DNA from: the human T2T-CHM13v2.0 reference genome, Homo sapiens
Length of the DNA stretch: 64,000 bases
Direction of reading: 5' to 3'
Assembly: GCA_009914755.4 (NCBI GenBank)
Contig: CP068257.2
Location: forward strand, 960,001-1,024,000
The notes beneath the pieces are model-generated. The model was not told where the DNA came from. It made no database searches and saw only the letters and a program-made list of their open reading frames with translations. This document shows positions 58,901-64,000 of this stretch, piece by piece. Within the stretch, counting starts at the first letter, position 1; every line of letters starts with the position of its first letter. Made by a program: the position numbers and the translations under genes.

Positions 58901-59299
58901 CAGTGCAGAGATATGTCACAAAGCCCCCATACACAGAGCCTAGACAAGAGTCCCATCACCTGGATGATCAGTGTAGAAATATGTCACAATGCCCCCATAG
59001 GCAGATCCAACACGAGAGTTACATCACCTGGGTGATCAGTGTAGAGATATGTCACAATGCCCCCATAGGCAGAGCCTAGACAAAAGTCCCATCACCTGGG
59101 TGATCAGTGTAGAGATATGTCACAATGCCCCCATAGGCAGAGCCTAGACAAAAGTCCCATCACCTGGGTGATCAGTGTAGAGATATGTCACAATGCCCCC
59201 ATAGGCAGAGCCTAGACAAAAGTCCCATCACCTGGGTGATCAGTGCAGAGATATGTCACAAAGCCCCTGTAGGCAGAGCCTAGACAAGAGTTACATCAC
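55946..59299 (-). repeat. Beta-satellite array in inverted orientation
   Basis: Monomers read 'cctgtaggcagagcctagacaagagttacatcacctgggtgatcagtgcagagatatgtcacaatgccc', the reverse complement of the monomer elsewhere. 68-bp period. Confidence 0.85.
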
Positions 59300-59929
59300 T
59301 TTGTTGATCAGTTCAGAGATGTATCAGGCTGACTGTTTGCTCCCGGAGATCTGCGGGCACTGGGAAACATGCAGGGAATTGTGGAAGACTGGCATGGTAC
59401 CTTCGCTCTCCTTGCCAGTTTCCAAACCGGCCGCACTGCAGACTCCCCATGTTGCCGCACACGGGAATCCATCGTCAGGCCATCACGCCAGGGACACATC
59501 TTCTCTCTGGGGTCTCGCTCTGGTTTCCTACGTGGAAATGAACGAGAGCCACACGCCTGCGAGTGTGAGACTGTCCTGGCAATGGCGACACCCACAGGCA
59601 CTGCCTCCTTCACGGAGAGAGGGCCTGGAACTCTCAAGACTCCCACGGAAGTTCAGTTCCACACTCGCGTCCACCCTCCCAGGCCGGTTTCTCCCTTCTG
59701 AAGATGCGTGGGAGCCCAGAGAGCAGCTTCCAGTTCCTGCGGGATTCCTGGAGAGGTCCAGAGAGCCAGCACCTGAAACGCGACTCCCTCACAACTTCCC
59801 CCTCGCCCCCTTCCTCTTCGTCTCTCCGGCCCCACCACCACCATCACCACGCCCTCCCACCCCACCACACCACTCCCCGGACACTTCCTGGGTGTGGCGG
59901 GCTGTCCCAGGGCTCAGCGCCATTCATGA

Positions 59930-62833
<2,904 letters not shown>

Positions 62834-63460
62834 TCATGAATGGCGGTGAGCCCTGGGACAGCCCGCCCACCCCAGAATGGTCCCAGAGCTTCGAGGCCTG
62901 CTGCCGGGGGGTGGTGGTTTAGGTTGGGAGGGTGTGGTGATGGTGGTGGTGGGGACGGAGAGACAAAGAGGAAGGGGGCGAGGGGGAAGGGGTGAGGGGG
63001 GCGCGTTTCGCGGGCTGGCTCTCCAGACATCTCCAGGAACCCCTCGGGAACTGGAAGCCGCTCTCTAGGCTCCCAAGCATCTTCAGCAGGGAGAAACCGG
63101 CCTGGGATGGTGGAAGGGAGTGTGGAACTGAACCTCTGTGGGAGTCTTGAGTGTTCCAGGCCCTCCCTCTGCGAAGGAGGCAGTGCCTGTGGGTGTTGCC
63201 GTTGCTGGGACAGTCTCACACACGCAGGCGTGTGGCTCTCATTCATTTCCACGTAGGAGACCAGAGCGAGAGCCCAGAAAGAAGGTGCCTCCACGGCGTG
63301 ATGGCCTGACGATGGATTCCCATGTGCGGCAACATGGGGAGTCTGCAGTTTGGCCGATTTGGAAACGCAAAGAGAGCGAAGGCACCATGGCAGTCTTCCA
63401 CCTTTCCCTGAATGTTTCCGGGTGCCTGCAGTGCTCCGGGAGCAAACAGTCAGCAGGACA

Positions 63461-64000
63461 TATATCTCAAATGATCAACAAAGTGATGTAACTCTTGTCT
63501 AGGCTCTGCCTACAGGGGCTTTGTGACATATCTCTGCCCTTATCACCCACCTGATGGGACTTTGTGTAGGCTCTGCCTATGGGGACATTGTGACATATCT
63601 CTACACTGACCACCCAGGTGATGTAACTCTTGTGTTGGATCTACCTATCGGGGCATTGTGACATGTTTCTGCACTGATCACCCAGGTGATGTAATGCTTG
63701 ACTAGGCTCTGCCTACGGGGCATAGTGACATATCACTGCATTGATCACCGAGGTGATGTAACTCTTCTCCAGGCTCTGCCTATAGGGGGCCTTGTGACAT
63801 ATCTCTGCACTGATCATCTAGGTGATGTAACTCTTGCTTATGCTCTGCCTGCAGGGGCATTGTGAAATATCTCTGCACTGATCACCCAGGTGATGGGACT
63901 CTTCCCTAGGCTCTGCCTACTGTGGGCATTGTCACATATTTCTGCACTGATCACCCAGGTGACGGACTCTTGTCTTGGATATGCCTATTGGGACATTGTG
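63461..64000 (+). repeat. Beta-satellite array (forward), resuming the standard orientation
   Basis: 68-bp monomers. Same post-unit monomer series as at 8100-8460. Confidence 0.85.

Overview
This window is human or great-ape DNA, not a prokaryotic or mobile accessory region. It is a composite macrosatellite with a period of about 7.3 kb. GC-rich D4Z4-like units of about 2.8 kb each carry a DUX4-like double-homeobox gene, and they alternate with long arrays (3-5 kb, one of 10 kb) of a 68-bp Sau3A-type (GATC-containing) beta-satellite. This beta-satellite is the same sequence family as the LSau element inside canonical D4Z4.

Six units (about 5.3-8.1, 12.5-15.2, 18.3-21.1, 26.2-28.9, 34.3-37.1 and 41.7-44.5 kb) lie in the same orientation, with DUX4-like on the minus strand. 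All six are frameshifted pseudogenes but keep recognisable homeodomains, the conserved C-terminal '[11 protein letters not shown]' tail and a promoter with a 'CATTCATGAAGGGGTGGAGCC...TATAA/TACAA' element. One antisense young AluY with a 14-bp target-site duplication interrupts a satellite block at 10327-10634.

The distal third of the window is structurally rearranged:
- The satellite block at 44.5-54.6 kb is double length. It looks like two blocks fused, with the DUX4-like unit between them missing.
- The unit at 54.6-55.9 kb is a truncated palindrome.
- The satellite at 55.9-59.3 kb is in inverted orientation.
- The unit at 59.3-63.5 kb is a tail-to-tail inverted duplication. A plus-strand DUX4-like copy runs about 1.05 kb into a minus-strand copy.

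At that last junction a 494-codon ORF (60014-61498) keeps both homeodomains intact but replaces the C-terminal activation domain with junction-derived sequence. This resembles a DUX4c-like or short DUX4-like protein.

No rRNA, tRNA, CRISPR or prokaryotic systems are present. Most 60-140-aa ORFs in the supplied track are stop-free frames of the periodic satellite and are not genes.
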